A stretch of 32,000 nucleotides of DNA from an uncultured Lachnospiraceae bacterium (GTDB lineage Bacteria > Bacillota > Clostridia > Lachnospirales > Lachnospiraceae). Where the stretch lies: the NCBI GenBank assembly GCA_963927335.1, contig CAWVAJ010000011.1, forward strand, positions 19,513 through 51,512, given 5' to 3'. A program made the translations under genes and the position numbers. The notes beneath the pieces were generated by a model that was not told where the DNA came from, made no database searches, and saw only the letters and a list, made by a program, of their open reading frames with translations. Below, piece by piece: positions 11,188 through 19,644 of the stretch (within the stretch, counting starts at the first letter, position 1; each line of letters begins with the position of its first letter).

Positions 11188-12344
11188 AGGTCTCCCCCCG
11201 CATTCTTCCTGGGCGGTTTCGGCCCAAGATACTGGTAAAAATACGTCTTGATCATTCCGTTGTAGATTTTTCTGTTCTTATCCGCTTTTCTGCCGATATA
11301 TTTCTCCGCCTGATCGTAGGAGGTAATGAGATATTTGGACCAGGTATCCAGCCGGGCGAAGGCTTTCCCGATCTCCCCATACAAAGCCGGAAGAGCCGCC
11401 TTTTCCTCGATTCTCTCTCCGTAGGGCGGATTGGTGATGATAAATCCGTACTTTTTCGGATGGCTCAGATCCTTTACCTCCCGCTGCTGAAAATGAATGA
11501 GCTTCTCTACCCCGGCCAGCTTCGCGTTGGCCCTGGCAATCTTTACCGCTTCCGGATCCAGATCGTATCCCTGGATGTCCGTTTCCACGTCCAGGTTCAC
11601 AAGATCCGCCGCTTCCTCCCTGGCCTCCGCCCAAAGCCTTCCCGGAATCAGGTTTTCCCAGGCCTCCGCCAGGAAAGGCCGTTTCATGCCGGGGGCTATG
11701 TTGGCCGCCTGCATTGCCGCCTCAATGGGAAAGGTTCCGCTTCCACAGAAGGGATCCACCAGAATCCGGTCTCCCCTCCACGGCGTCAGGGCAAGAAGGG
11801 CGCAGGCCAGCGTCTCCGAAATCGGCGCCTTCGCCGTCAGCTTCCGGTAGCCGCGTTTGTGAAGGGATTCTCCGGAAGTATCCAGGCCCACCACCGCTTC
11901 GTCTTTCATAAAAAAGACTCTTACCGGATACTGCGGCCCGTCCTCCGGAAACCAGGAAATGCCGTACGCCTCCTTCAGCCGCTCCACCATCGCCTTTTTC
12001 ATAACCGACTGGATATCCGAAGGGCTGAAAAGCCGGCTCTTTACCGTCGCAGCCTTGGCCACCCAGAACCTGGCGTTTGGAGGAAGGAACCGCTCCCACG
12101 GAAGCGCTTTCGTCCCCTGGAACAGTTCCTCATAGGTCTCGGCGTGAAACTGCCCCACCTTGAGAAGCACCCGCTCCCCGGAGCGCAGAAAGACATTCGC
12201 CAGGCACACGGCCTGGGCGTCTCCCAGAAACGTCACTCTGCCGTCTTCCACCCCGGTAATCTCATATCCCAGATCTCCGATTTCCCGTTTTATCACCGCC
12301 TCTGTGCCGAAATGGCAGGGCACCATCAATTCAAACCGCTCCAT
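11184..12344 (-). CDS. THUMP-domain class I SAM-dependent RNA methyltransferase (COG0116, RlmL/YpsC-like)
   Basis: The likely start is the ATG at 12342-12344 (MERFELMVPCHFGTEAV); the track start at 12368 is a TTG. SAM motif DPFCGSGTFPIEAA and catalytic ITNPPYGERI. Confidence 0.85.
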   Translation of the reverse strand: MERFELMVPCHFGTEAVIKREIGDLGYEITGVEDGRVTFLGDAQAVCLANVFLRSGERVLLKVGQFHAETYEELFQGTKALPWERFLPPNARFWVAKAATVKSRLFSPSDIQSVMKKAMVERLKEAYGISWFPEDGPQYPVRVFFMKDEAVVGLDTSGESLHKRGYRKLTAKAPISETLACALLALTPWRGDRILVDPFCGSGTFPIEAAMQAANIAPGMKRPFLAEAWENLIPGRLWAEAREEAADLVNLDVETDIQGYDLDPEAVKIARANAKLAGVEKLIHFQQREVKDLSHPKKYGFIITNPPYGERIEEKAALPALYGEIGKAFARLDTWSKYLITSYDQAEKYIGRKADKNRKIYNGMIKTYFYQYLGPKPPRKNAGGDL

Positions 12345-12364
12345 CTTATCTCCCGTTTTCCTTT

Positions 12365-12907
12365 TCAAAGCTCACATTCGCGAACTACATTTCCCGCAAA
12401 ATCCTTAATCGTAAACACGCCTTTGTTCAGCACGGCGTAAGTAGGCGGATTCCCTTCCTTGGGAATCGCCACAGAACCCGGATTCAGGATCCAGATCCCG
12501 TCTTTTTTCTCACAGCGAAGCACATGGGTATGCCCGTGAAGAAGCGCGTCCCCCTCTTTCATGGGCGGGAGCTTCTTTTCATTATAAATATGCCCGTGGG
12601 TCGCGTAAATCACCTTCTTGCCTGAAAAAAGCAGCATATAATCCGCCAGAACCGGAAATTCCAGCACCATCTGGTCTACTTCCGCCTCACAGTTTCCCCG
12701 GACGGAATAAATCTCCTGCTTTCTTTCATTCAGCATAGCGATCACTTCCTTGGGAGCGTACTCCCTGGGCAGATCGTTTCTGGGGCCGTGGTATAAAAGA
12801 TCCCCCAGAAGAACCATTCTCTTTGCCTTCTCTTCCTCGTATGCCCGGAGCAGCTGCCGGCAGTAATAAGCGGATCCATGCAGATCAGACGCAATGAAAA
12901 GCTTCAT
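12365..12907 (-). CDS. yfcE: Phosphodiesterase YfcE family (metallophosphoesterase)
   Basis: 180 aa. MKLFIASDLHGS..LLGDLLYHGPRNDLPREYAPKEV..VRGNCEAEVDQMVLEFP..THGH..GHTH..NPGSVAIPKEGNPPTYA. Collinear with E. coli YfcE. Confidence 0.85.
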   Translation of the reverse strand: MKLFIASDLHGSAYYCRQLLRAYEEEKAKRMVLLGDLLYHGPRNDLPREYAPKEVIAMLNERKQEIYSVRGNCEAEVDQMVLEFPVLADYMLLFSGKKVIYATHGHIYNEKKLPPMKEGDALLHGHTHVLRCEKKDGIWILNPGSVAIPKEGNPPTYAVLNKGVFTIKDFAGNVVRECEL

Positions 12908-12955
12908 CTTTTACTCCTTCCCGGCCAGGGGCCGTTCTTTTCTCGTATCCTTATC

Positions 12956-13303
12956 TTAATGCCTGTCTTTCTCCCTGTCAATGCGAAACTGCCGGCGTGT
13001 TCCCTCCTGCTTTACCACATAGTTCCCCCGGTATGCCAGAAATCCTCCCACCACCGTTTTGACACGGTAGCCTTTCGCGGACAGCTCTCTGGCCGCGGCC
13101 ATGCTCATACCGCCTCTCTGGCAGTAGAGAATCAGCTCTTTTTGAAAAGAAGGCATCCTTCCTTCAAAATCCCCCATGGGGACGTTCACCGCTCCCCGGA
13201 TGTGACCCGCCTCATATTCTTCCTGGGATCTCAGATCCACAATCAGGCTCCCCGGCGCGTCCACGTAACGGTCCAGCTCCTTCGCCGGAATATTTTCCAC
13301 CAC
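12956..13303 (-). CDS. Rhodanese-domain protein
   Basis: 115 aa with a GTG start at 13301-13303 and an AAGGAGGTG RBS. LIVDLRSQEEYEAGHIRGAVNVP and the active-site loop YCQRGGMS. Confidence 0.8.
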   Translation of the reverse strand: MVENIPAKELDRYVDAPGSLIVDLRSQEEYEAGHIRGAVNVPMGDFEGRMPSFQKELILYCQRGGMSMAAARELSAKGYRVKTVVGGFLAYRGNYVVKQEGTRRQFRIDREKDRH

Positions 13304-13339
13304 TTTCTGTCACCTCCTTGGGCAAAAGATTTTGCCCAG

Positions 13340-13374
13340 AAAAAAACCTCCACACCTTAATATATGTGGAGGTT
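13340..13374 (-). terminator. Intrinsic terminator after the 60-aa gene
   Basis: Minus strand: AACCTCCACA-N10-TGTGGAGGTT (13345-13354 pairs with 13365-13374), followed by TTTTTTTC. Confidence 0.75.
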
Positions 13375-13405
13375 TTCTCTTGGCGATAGACCTGCGCCAA
13401 AGGAA

Positions 13406-13588
13406 TTATTCTTCCTCGTCCTGGCCCATGCGGTCGGACGTGGAATTTTTTCCGCAGTTCTTCGCGCTGTTGGTCGCTTTGGAGGTTGTCTTATTTTTCG
13501 CCTTCATGTTCCCGTTCTGCGCGGAATCGCTCCATTCCGCCTCAAAGCCTGTATGCGCCTGGTTTCTGGAATTTACATTTTTCGCCAT
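13406..13588 (-). CDS. Hypothetical 60-aa low-complexity (N/K/S/T-rich, acidic tail) protein
   Basis: MAKNVNSRNQAHTGFEAEWSDSAQNGNMKAKNKTTSKATNSAKNCGKNSTSDRMGQDEEE. A strong RBS (ACAGGAGGcatgaaaaATG) and its own terminator support it. I recognise no homology. Confidence 0.55.
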   Translation of the reverse strand: MAKNVNSRNQAHTGFEAEWSDSAQNGNMKAKNKTTSKATNSAKNCGKNSTSDRMGQDEEE

Positions 13589-13655
13589 TTTTCATGCCTC
13601 CTGTCGTTGATTTTTAATACATCCTTAGTATCCCGACATTTTTATAAAATATGTA

Positions 13656-13684
13656 TTGCAATTTTATGGAAATTATATTATAAT
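13656..13684 (+). promoter_or_regulatory. Orphan near-consensus sigma-A promoter on the plus strand
   Basis: TTGCAA (13656-13661), exactly 17 nt, TATAAT (13679-13684). It points into a gene-free gap. Confidence 0.5.
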
Positions 13685-13690
13685 CAAGTC

Positions 13691-13850
13691 TGTAAAAAGA
13701 ATTTACCCTTCAAACAATTTTTTTTACAAACCCCTTATTAATTATTTATACTCCCCTCGGAACGGCTGACAGCTCCCCTGTCAGCCGTTTCACGTTGGGC
13801 CAAAAACAGGAGGCGCTTCTTCGCGCCTCCTTCTTTCTGTTTTCCTTTTT
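13691..13850 (+). ncRNA. Candidate small RNA (about 155 nt), C-rich motifs, unknown family
   Basis: Bounded by the promoter above and by hairpin AGGAGGCGC-TTCTTC-GCGCCTCCT (13808-13831) plus tail TCTTTCTGTTTTCCTTTTT. There is no ATG in the interval. An internal 11-bp hairpin at 13761-13789 has loop GCTCCCC. Single-stranded ACCCTT, ACCCCTT and CTCCCCTC motifs are present. Confidence 0.35.
13801..13845. terminator. Bidirectional intrinsic terminator (LacI gene on the minus strand, candidate sRNA on the plus strand)
   Basis: A 9-bp GC-rich stem at 13808-13816/13823-13831. It is flanked by CAAAAAC (a T-run on the minus strand) and a T-rich tract on the plus strand. Confidence 0.7.
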
Positions 13851-13859
13851 CCCTTTTCT

Positions 13860-14864
13860 TTACAGCGTCTCGCCCGGTATGAACTCATAAGGCAGGATCC
13901 TGGTAAACTCCCCCGGATCTGCCTCTTCCCCCGCCGCCTTTTTCTCGATCAGATCAAAGAGAAGGTTCACCGCCGTCTGGGCCACCGCGTTCACCGAGTT
14001 GGAGATGGTCACCAGCCTAGGGGACACATACTCCAGGGTGTCGATGTTATCGAATCCCGTAATGCCGTAGTCCTCCGGAGGCTCCAGCCCGCAGCCATAA
14101 AGCTTCTTCATAATGTCCAGGGCAAACTCGTCCGCCGTGCACAGGAAAGCCGTCCGCTTCTCCTGCTTCGCCAGTTCCTCCACCCGCTCCAGATACGTCC
14201 AGTCCAGAAGATAGTCTTCCTGCAGCTCTCCATGCTCCTTAACCGCCTCCTGAAATCCTTCCAGACGCTGAAGGTGTACATAGAAATTGATGTTCGGCCC
14301 GTCCGCCAGAGCCGGACAGGCAAAGACCAGTCTCTCGTAGCCTTTGTTCCAGGCCCGGCTGACCGCCTCCTTCATGGCTTCCTTTTCATCTATGCTTACG
14401 AAGGGAAGGCCGTCGGCCACTTTGTTGTCCACGGTCACGACAGGAAGATCCAGGCTCTCCAGGAACCGTTTGTATTCCTCTCCTTCGTTTACCGAGGAGA
14501 GAATGATCCCGTCCATCCGGTAGGAAGCCAGCCTGAGCAGCTGGTTTCGCTCCATCTCCTTGTCGTTTCCGTGGAGCATGATGTTCATGCAGTAGCCCCG
14601 GCGGTTGGCTTCCGCGCCGATAATACTGATTTTTTCCGCGAAATATTCGCTTTTTACATCCAGCACCACCACGCCGATGGTGGAAGTCTTTCCTTTTACA
14701 AGCCCTCTTGCCAGCAGGTCCGGACGGTAATCCTGTTCCCTGGCCACGCGCAGAATCCTCTCTCTGGTATCCGGATGAATCCTTCCTTCTCCGCTTAAAG
14801 CCCGATGCACCGTCGTCCGGGACACGCCGCAAAGCTGAGCCAGATCCTTTGTTGTAATTCCCAC
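13860..14864 (-). CDS. LacI-family transcriptional regulator
   Basis: 334 aa with a GTG start and an AGGAGG RBS. N-terminal HTH ITTKDLAQLCGVSRTTVHRALSG..RILRVAREQDYRPDLLARGL, followed by a periplasmic-binding-protein-like sugar-binding fold. Confidence 0.9.
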   Translation of the reverse strand: MGITTKDLAQLCGVSRTTVHRALSGEGRIHPDTRERILRVAREQDYRPDLLARGLVKGKTSTIGVVVLDVKSEYFAEKISIIGAEANRRGYCMNIMLHGNDKEMERNQLLRLASYRMDGIILSSVNEGEEYKRFLESLDLPVVTVDNKVADGLPFVSIDEKEAMKEAVSRAWNKGYERLVFACPALADGPNINFYVHLQRLEGFQEAVKEHGELQEDYLLDWTYLERVEELAKQEKRTAFLCTADEFALDIMKKLYGCGLEPPEDYGITGFDNIDTLEYVSPRLVTISNSVNAVAQTAVNLLFDLIEKKAAGEEADPGEFTRILPYEFIPGETL

Positions 14865-14944
14865 TGCGCGCCTCCTGTTATGGTATTTTCCTATCAGTTT
14901 ACCATATCTTCCCGAAAACTTCTACCTCGCGCCGCAGATTCGCC

Positions 14945-16456
14945 TCACTCCGCCAGAGGGATGCAGATCATCTGGAAGGATAAGGGCTCCATCTCGCATT
15001 CCAATACGTTATCCCGGATCCGGAAGTTCTTCATTTCCTGGGGAACGATGTTCTTATGGTTCTCCCGGTTCATCGCCTTGCGGTCTTTATGGTAAAGCGC
15101 CCAGGACCTGGCTCCCTCTGCCAGCTGGAATTTTTCAAGCTCCAGGACTGCCTGCGCCGTCTCCTCTCCCCGGTTTACCAGGAAGAGCGCCACTTCTTTT
15201 TTCTCCGGATTGTATACCGTCACATGGTCCACGTAAGGCACTTTCTCAAACTCCGCCGTCTCATAGGTGTCTTCCTGCGCCCGCTCTTCCAGCACGATCC
15301 CTTTTCCATGCTCCGCCATGAAGGCGAAGGGATAGAAAATGGGCTGCAGCCACAGCTCCCCGTCCGGCTCCGTCATGATGCAGGCGCTCACGTTGGTCAA
15401 AAGCGACTGGCAGGCGATCTTTACTCTGCTGGAATACCGGATCAGGTTCATCAGCATACTGGAGAAAAGAAGGGTGTCTTCCATGGTGTAGAACTGCTCG
15501 CCGAAGCGCGGCGCTTCCCTCCAGGGATGAGCTTCAATGTCTTTGTTGACCGCTTCGTCCTCCAGGCCCCATACGCCCCACTCGTCAAAGCAGATGTTCA
15601 GCTGCTTTTTGGTTCTTCTTCTTACCATCTCCGCGTCGCACATGCCGCATACCGCCTGGATAAACCGCTCCATATCCAAAGACAGGGCAAGGAAATCTTC
15701 CGTTTTCTTTCCCTTGCAGCCATAGTACTGATGGAGGGAAATGTAGTCCGCGCATCCGTAGGCGTTTCGCAGCACCGTCTGATCCCAGTCGCCAAAGGTC
15801 GCGTTGGTGGACAGAGAGCTTCCGCAGAGCACCAGCTCAATCTCCGGATCCATGATCTTCATGGCTTTTCCCGTCTCGTAGGCCAGTCTTCCGTACTCCT
15901 CCGCCGTCTTATGGCCGATCTGCCAGTCTCCGTCCATCTCATTGCCCAGGCACCAGGTCTTGATCCGGTAGGGCTCCTTTCTTCCGTAGCTGCACCGCAG
16001 ATCGCTGTAATAGGATCCGGCGGGCATATTGCAGTATTCCAGAAGAGAGAGGGCTTCTTCGATCCCTTTCGTTCCCAGGTTTACCGCGAAGATCGGCAGG
16101 ACGTCCGCCTTCTTTGCCCACTTCATAAATTCATCGGTGCCCACCTGGTTCGTCTCTACCTTCTTCCAGGCCAGATCCAGCTTTCTCGGTCTTTGCTCTT
16201 TCGGTCCCACGCCGTCCAGCCAGTTGTAATTGGAGACGAAGTTTCCTCCGGGATAGCGGACCGCCGTCACGCCCATCTCTTTCGTCTTTTCCAGGACGTC
16301 CTGACGGAAGCCGTCCGCGTCCGCGGTGGGATGAGAGGGCTCATAAATGCCCGTATAGACCACCCGGCCCATATGTTCCACGAAGGAGCCGTAAATCCGG
16401 GGATCAATCTGATTTTTCTGAAAGTCTTTATGCACCAGTATTTTTGTCTTTTTCAT
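14945..16456 (-). CDS. abfA: Alpha-L-arabinofuranosidase, glycoside hydrolase family 51
   Basis: 503 aa, collinear with Bacillus AbfA. IDPRIYGSFVEHMGRVVYTGIYEP..VRYPGGNFVSNYNWLDGVGP..WCLGNEMDGDWQIGHKTAEEYGRLA..FDEWGVW. Confidence 0.93.
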   Translation of the reverse strand: MKKTKILVHKDFQKNQIDPRIYGSFVEHMGRVVYTGIYEPSHPTADADGFRQDVLEKTKEMGVTAVRYPGGNFVSNYNWLDGVGPKEQRPRKLDLAWKKVETNQVGTDEFMKWAKKADVLPIFAVNLGTKGIEEALSLLEYCNMPAGSYYSDLRCSYGRKEPYRIKTWCLGNEMDGDWQIGHKTAEEYGRLAYETGKAMKIMDPEIELVLCGSSLSTNATFGDWDQTVLRNAYGCADYISLHQYYGCKGKKTEDFLALSLDMERFIQAVCGMCDAEMVRRRTKKQLNICFDEWGVWGLEDEAVNKDIEAHPWREAPRFGEQFYTMEDTLLFSSMLMNLIRYSSRVKIACQSLLTNVSACIMTEPDGELWLQPIFYPFAFMAEHGKGIVLEERAQEDTYETAEFEKVPYVDHVTVYNPEKKEVALFLVNRGEETAQAVLELEKFQLAEGARSWALYHKDRKAMNRENHKNIVPQEMKNFRIRDNVLECEMEPLSFQMICIPLAE

Positions 16457-16487
16457 TTCCTAACCCTCGCATTCTGTTTTTTTCATC

Positions 16488-17318
16488 TTACTCCTTCATA
16501 CCGGAAGTGGCAATTCCTTCCATGAAAAACCTCTGTCCGAAAAGGAAGAGAATCAGCAGAGGCGCAACGGAAATCACCGTCGCCGCCAGAGTCGGTCCGA
16601 TCTTAATGGAGTTCGTTCCCACCAGGATCGCCAGGCCGGCGGACAGCGTACGCATCTCCACCGAGGTGGTGAGCATCATGGGATAAAGCAGATCGTTCCA
16701 GTTGTTCATAAAGTGATAAATCCCCAGGGTCACCAGGGCCGGTTTGGAAAGAGGCAGAATGACTCTGGAATAGATCTTCCACTCTCCCATGCCGTCGATT
16801 CTGGCCGCTTCATCCAGAGATTTCGGGACTCCGGTGAAGAACGAGGTCAGCATATAAATTCCGTAGGCGCTGGCCGCTCTGGGAAGAATCAGGCCGGGAT
16901 AAGAGTTTAAGATGCCCAGATGGAACTCTTCCAGATACAGCGGGATCATCACTACCTGGAAGGGAATCATCATCGTCAGCAGGATGATACTGAATAATAT
17001 CTTTCTGCCCCGGAAACGCATCCTGGCAAAGGCGTAGGCGGCCATGGAATCAAAGAAAAGGCTGATCACCGTGACGCCCGCGGCAAAGAGTACCGTATTC
17101 CCCAGCATCTGCAGCACCGGAATGGTTTTCACCACATACTCGTACTGTACCGTCAGCCACTGCGTGGGGAAGAAAAGAGGCGGCCACTTAATCGCTTCCG
17201 CATCGGATTTAAAAGAGGACACGATCATCCAGAGAAGGGGCATCACCACAAGCAGCATCACCAGAATCAGGACAAGATACCCGATCACACCGAACACATG
17301 GATCCTGCGCTTTTTCAT
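16488..17318 (-). CDS. Carbohydrate ABC transporter permease (MalG/AraQ-like)
   Basis: 276 aa, six TM segments. EAA loop SLDEAARIDGMGEWKIYSRVILPLSKPAL. ATGA overlap with the upstream permease. Confidence 0.9.
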   Translation of the reverse strand: MKKRRIHVFGVIGYLVLILVMLLVVMPLLWMIVSSFKSDAEAIKWPPLFFPTQWLTVQYEYVVKTIPVLQMLGNTVLFAAGVTVISLFFDSMAAYAFARMRFRGRKILFSIILLTMMIPFQVVMIPLYLEEFHLGILNSYPGLILPRAASAYGIYMLTSFFTGVPKSLDEAARIDGMGEWKIYSRVILPLSKPALVTLGIYHFMNNWNDLLYPMMLTTSVEMRTLSAGLAILVGTNSIKIGPTLAATVISVAPLLILFLFGQRFFMEGIATSGMKE

Positions 17319-18232
17319 TCTTCTCCACCTCCCTGGTTAAACGCATACTTTCTCAGCACAAAAGTAATGAGCGCGATAATAAGGAACAGATACACCGCGA
17401 TGGCCGAGGCGTACCCCAGATCGTAGGGGGCCGTCTGGAAGCCGCGGTTGTAAATATAGCCCACCAGCGTTTCCGTACTGTTCTGAGGGCCGCCGCTGGT
17501 CATAACGTAGATCTGGTCGAATACCTGCAGGGACATAATCAGGGTGGTCACCACGCAAAACCCGATGGTATCTTTGATCCCAGGAATGGTCACATACAGG
17601 AATTTCTGGAAGCCGTTGGCCCCGTCCAGCTCCGCTGCCTCATAGAGGGAATGGGAAACCCCCAGAGCCGCCGCGGAGAGAACCGTCAGGGTATAGCCGA
17701 AGCCCTTCCATACGGTTACCAGAATTACAGTGGGCATAGCCCAGTCCACGCTGGCCAGAAGGTTCGGCATCTGGATCCCCACCTTGCCAAGAAGGTACGG
17801 CACCATTCCATAGTTGGCGTTCAGAAGCATCGCCCACATGATACTGATGGCTGTCATGGAGCAGACGTAGGGAAGATAAAAGGTCGTGCGCAGCAGTTTG
17901 TGAAACCTGGTGTTCTTTGTCATAAACATCACCAGCACCAGAGCCACCAGCACCTGGAGCGGCACCTCCAGAAGGGCAAAATACAGCGTATGGAAGGTGG
18001 CGTTCCCCACTCTCGCGTCCCCGAACATCTTGAAATAATTTTTTATCCCGGCAAAGGAGATATCGTTCATATAGATATCAATGTTCATCAGGCTGATGCC
18101 AAAAGCGCCGAACAGCGGGACAAAGACAAAGACCGTCAGGATGGCCAGGGAGGGCGCGATAAACAGATACGCAGACTTCTGATTGTGAAATCTGGAAGAG
18201 CTTTTCTTTCTACCTGTACTTTCGTTTTTCAT
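17315..18232 (-). CDS. Carbohydrate ABC transporter permease (MalF/AraP-like)
   Basis: The track ORF is over-extended. The likely start is the ATG at 18230-18232 (MKNESTGRKKSSSRFHNQKSAYLFIAPSL). EAA loop LYEAAELDGANGFQKFLYVTIPGI. Confidence 0.88.
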   Translation of the reverse strand: MKNESTGRKKSSSRFHNQKSAYLFIAPSLAILTVFVFVPLFGAFGISLMNIDIYMNDISFAGIKNYFKMFGDARVGNATFHTLYFALLEVPLQVLVALVLVMFMTKNTRFHKLLRTTFYLPYVCSMTAISIMWAMLLNANYGMVPYLLGKVGIQMPNLLASVDWAMPTVILVTVWKGFGYTLTVLSAAALGVSHSLYEAAELDGANGFQKFLYVTIPGIKDTIGFCVVTTLIMSLQVFDQIYVMTSGGPQNSTETLVGYIYNRGFQTAPYDLGYASAIAVYLFLIIALITFVLRKYAFNQGGGEE

Positions 18233-18273
18233 AAATAAACTCCCTTTTTGAATACCTCCGGCTCCAAGAGCAA

Positions 18274-18304
18274 GGGGACAGGGCGTACCCAAACGTCCTG
18301 CCCC
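18274..18304 (-). other. Intercistronic stem-loop between the binding-protein and permease genes
   Basis: An 11-bp GC-rich stem with one bulge (18274-18285 pairs with 18294-18304). There is no clear U-tract. Such hairpins commonly stabilise the binding-protein mRNA segment or partly terminate transcription. Confidence 0.4.
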
Positions 18305-18347
18305 CTTCTTTTGAGCCTCTGTCAGTTTTTTCTTTCTGAAAAACAGG

Positions 18348-19604
18348 TTACTGTTCCGCGATAACGCTATCCAGGATATCGGAAGCTTCCTGTACGCAGG
18401 CAGCCACATCTTCTCCGGAAAGAACCTTCTCAATCATGGGGATGACTACATCGTTGTCAATTCTGCTTCCGATGGAAAGATTCAGATGCCAGTCGCGACC
18501 GATCTCAGACGCCTCGGATACGTCAAGAAGGATCTCATTGGCCTGGATCTCTTCATCCTCCAGCACGGAGTAGGACCATACCGGGAATCCGTTCCGGTTG
18601 GACCATTCCTTCAGGGTGCCGTCAGACAGCCAGTAAGCCATGAACTTGTAAACGGCTTCTCTGGTGGCGTCGTCCGCTCCCGCGGTCAGCATATAGGAGC
18701 ATCCGCCCTCTGGAGAGTACGCGCCGTCGCTTCCTGCGGGAATCGCCGTGATTCCGTAATTGATGCCCAGCTGGTTCAGTCCGTTGATATTCCAAGGACC
18801 GCTGGTATACATGGCAAGCTGTCCCGCCTGGAACATGGTATCCGCGTCCACCGCCGTCAAACCCTGGGGAGATACGCCTTCGTTGAGTACCAGATCCTGC
18901 AGCCAGGTGAGGGTGTCAATGTTCTCCTGGGAATTGAGCAGGTTCTCAGTTCCGTCGGAGCTGATCACATCTCCGCCGTTCGCCCAGAGATATTCAACGC
19001 AATAGGTGGAATCCGTAGGAAGTCCCAGACCATACTGATTCTTGGAAGCGTCCGTGCAGGCGATGGCGTACTCTTTCAGCTCGTCCAGCGTGGCGGGAGG
19101 CGTCTCCGGATCCAGCCCGGCCGCTTCGATGATGTCTTTGTTGTAATACAGATACTGAAGATTGTACTGCATGGGAACGCCGTAGAGGGTATCTCCCACA
19201 TAGGATTTCGCCAGAACGTTCTCATAGAAGTTGCTCTCGTCGACGCCCATGGTCTCCCAGAAGTCGCTGATGTCCTCGATCAGCCCGTTCTCCGCGTACT
19301 GATTCAGATACTCGATTCCCACCAGCACGAAGGAGGGACCGGTCCCTGTGGCTACCGCGCTGGGGAACCGGGACTGCAGCGTCGCGTTGTCCATGATATC
19401 CAGCTGTACGGTAATGTTGTCTTCGTTCGTCTCATTGTACGTATTCACGATTTCGCGGAGCACATCTCCGTCTGTCCCGGTGAAGGGAGCCCATACGGTA
19501 AGGTTGATGGGTTCTGAGGATTCCTCCGCCAGAACGGTGCCGCCGGCCAGAGACGCGGCTGCCATCGAAGCAGCCAGGAGCAGACTCATTGTTTTCTTTT
19601 TCAT
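18348..19604 (-). CDS. Extracellular solute-binding protein of a sugar ABC transporter
   Basis: The likely start is the ATG at 19602-19604 (MKKKTMSLLLAASMAAASLAGGTVLA, a signal peptide) with a GGAGGT RBS. Family-1 binding-protein features are present. It is the first gene of the abfA operon. Confidence 0.88.
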   Translation of the reverse strand: MKKKTMSLLLAASMAAASLAGGTVLAEESSEPINLTVWAPFTGTDGDVLREIVNTYNETNEDNITVQLDIMDNATLQSRFPSAVATGTGPSFVLVGIEYLNQYAENGLIEDISDFWETMGVDESNFYENVLAKSYVGDTLYGVPMQYNLQYLYYNKDIIEAAGLDPETPPATLDELKEYAIACTDASKNQYGLGLPTDSTYCVEYLWANGGDVISSDGTENLLNSQENIDTLTWLQDLVLNEGVSPQGLTAVDADTMFQAGQLAMYTSGPWNINGLNQLGINYGITAIPAGSDGAYSPEGGCSYMLTAGADDATREAVYKFMAYWLSDGTLKEWSNRNGFPVWSYSVLEDEEIQANEILLDVSEASEIGRDWHLNLSIGSRIDNDVVIPMIEKVLSGEDVAACVQEASDILDSVIAEQ

Positions 19605-19644
19605 TTCGCTACCTCCAATTCTTTTTGTTGTCTTTTCCAGTTGC

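Noticed and set aside
13589-13655. Sigma-G/F-like forespore promoter (ACATA..GATACTA) for the 60-aa gene
   Set aside because: The match is weak and the region is AT-rich, so chance matches are expected. It is kept only as a remark in the corresponding finding.
15056-16525. 489-aa plus-strand ORF
   Set aside because: Antisense shadow of the GH51 arabinofuranosidase gene. No motifs.
18486-19517. 343-aa plus-strand ORF
   Set aside because: Antisense shadow of the solute-binding-protein gene.
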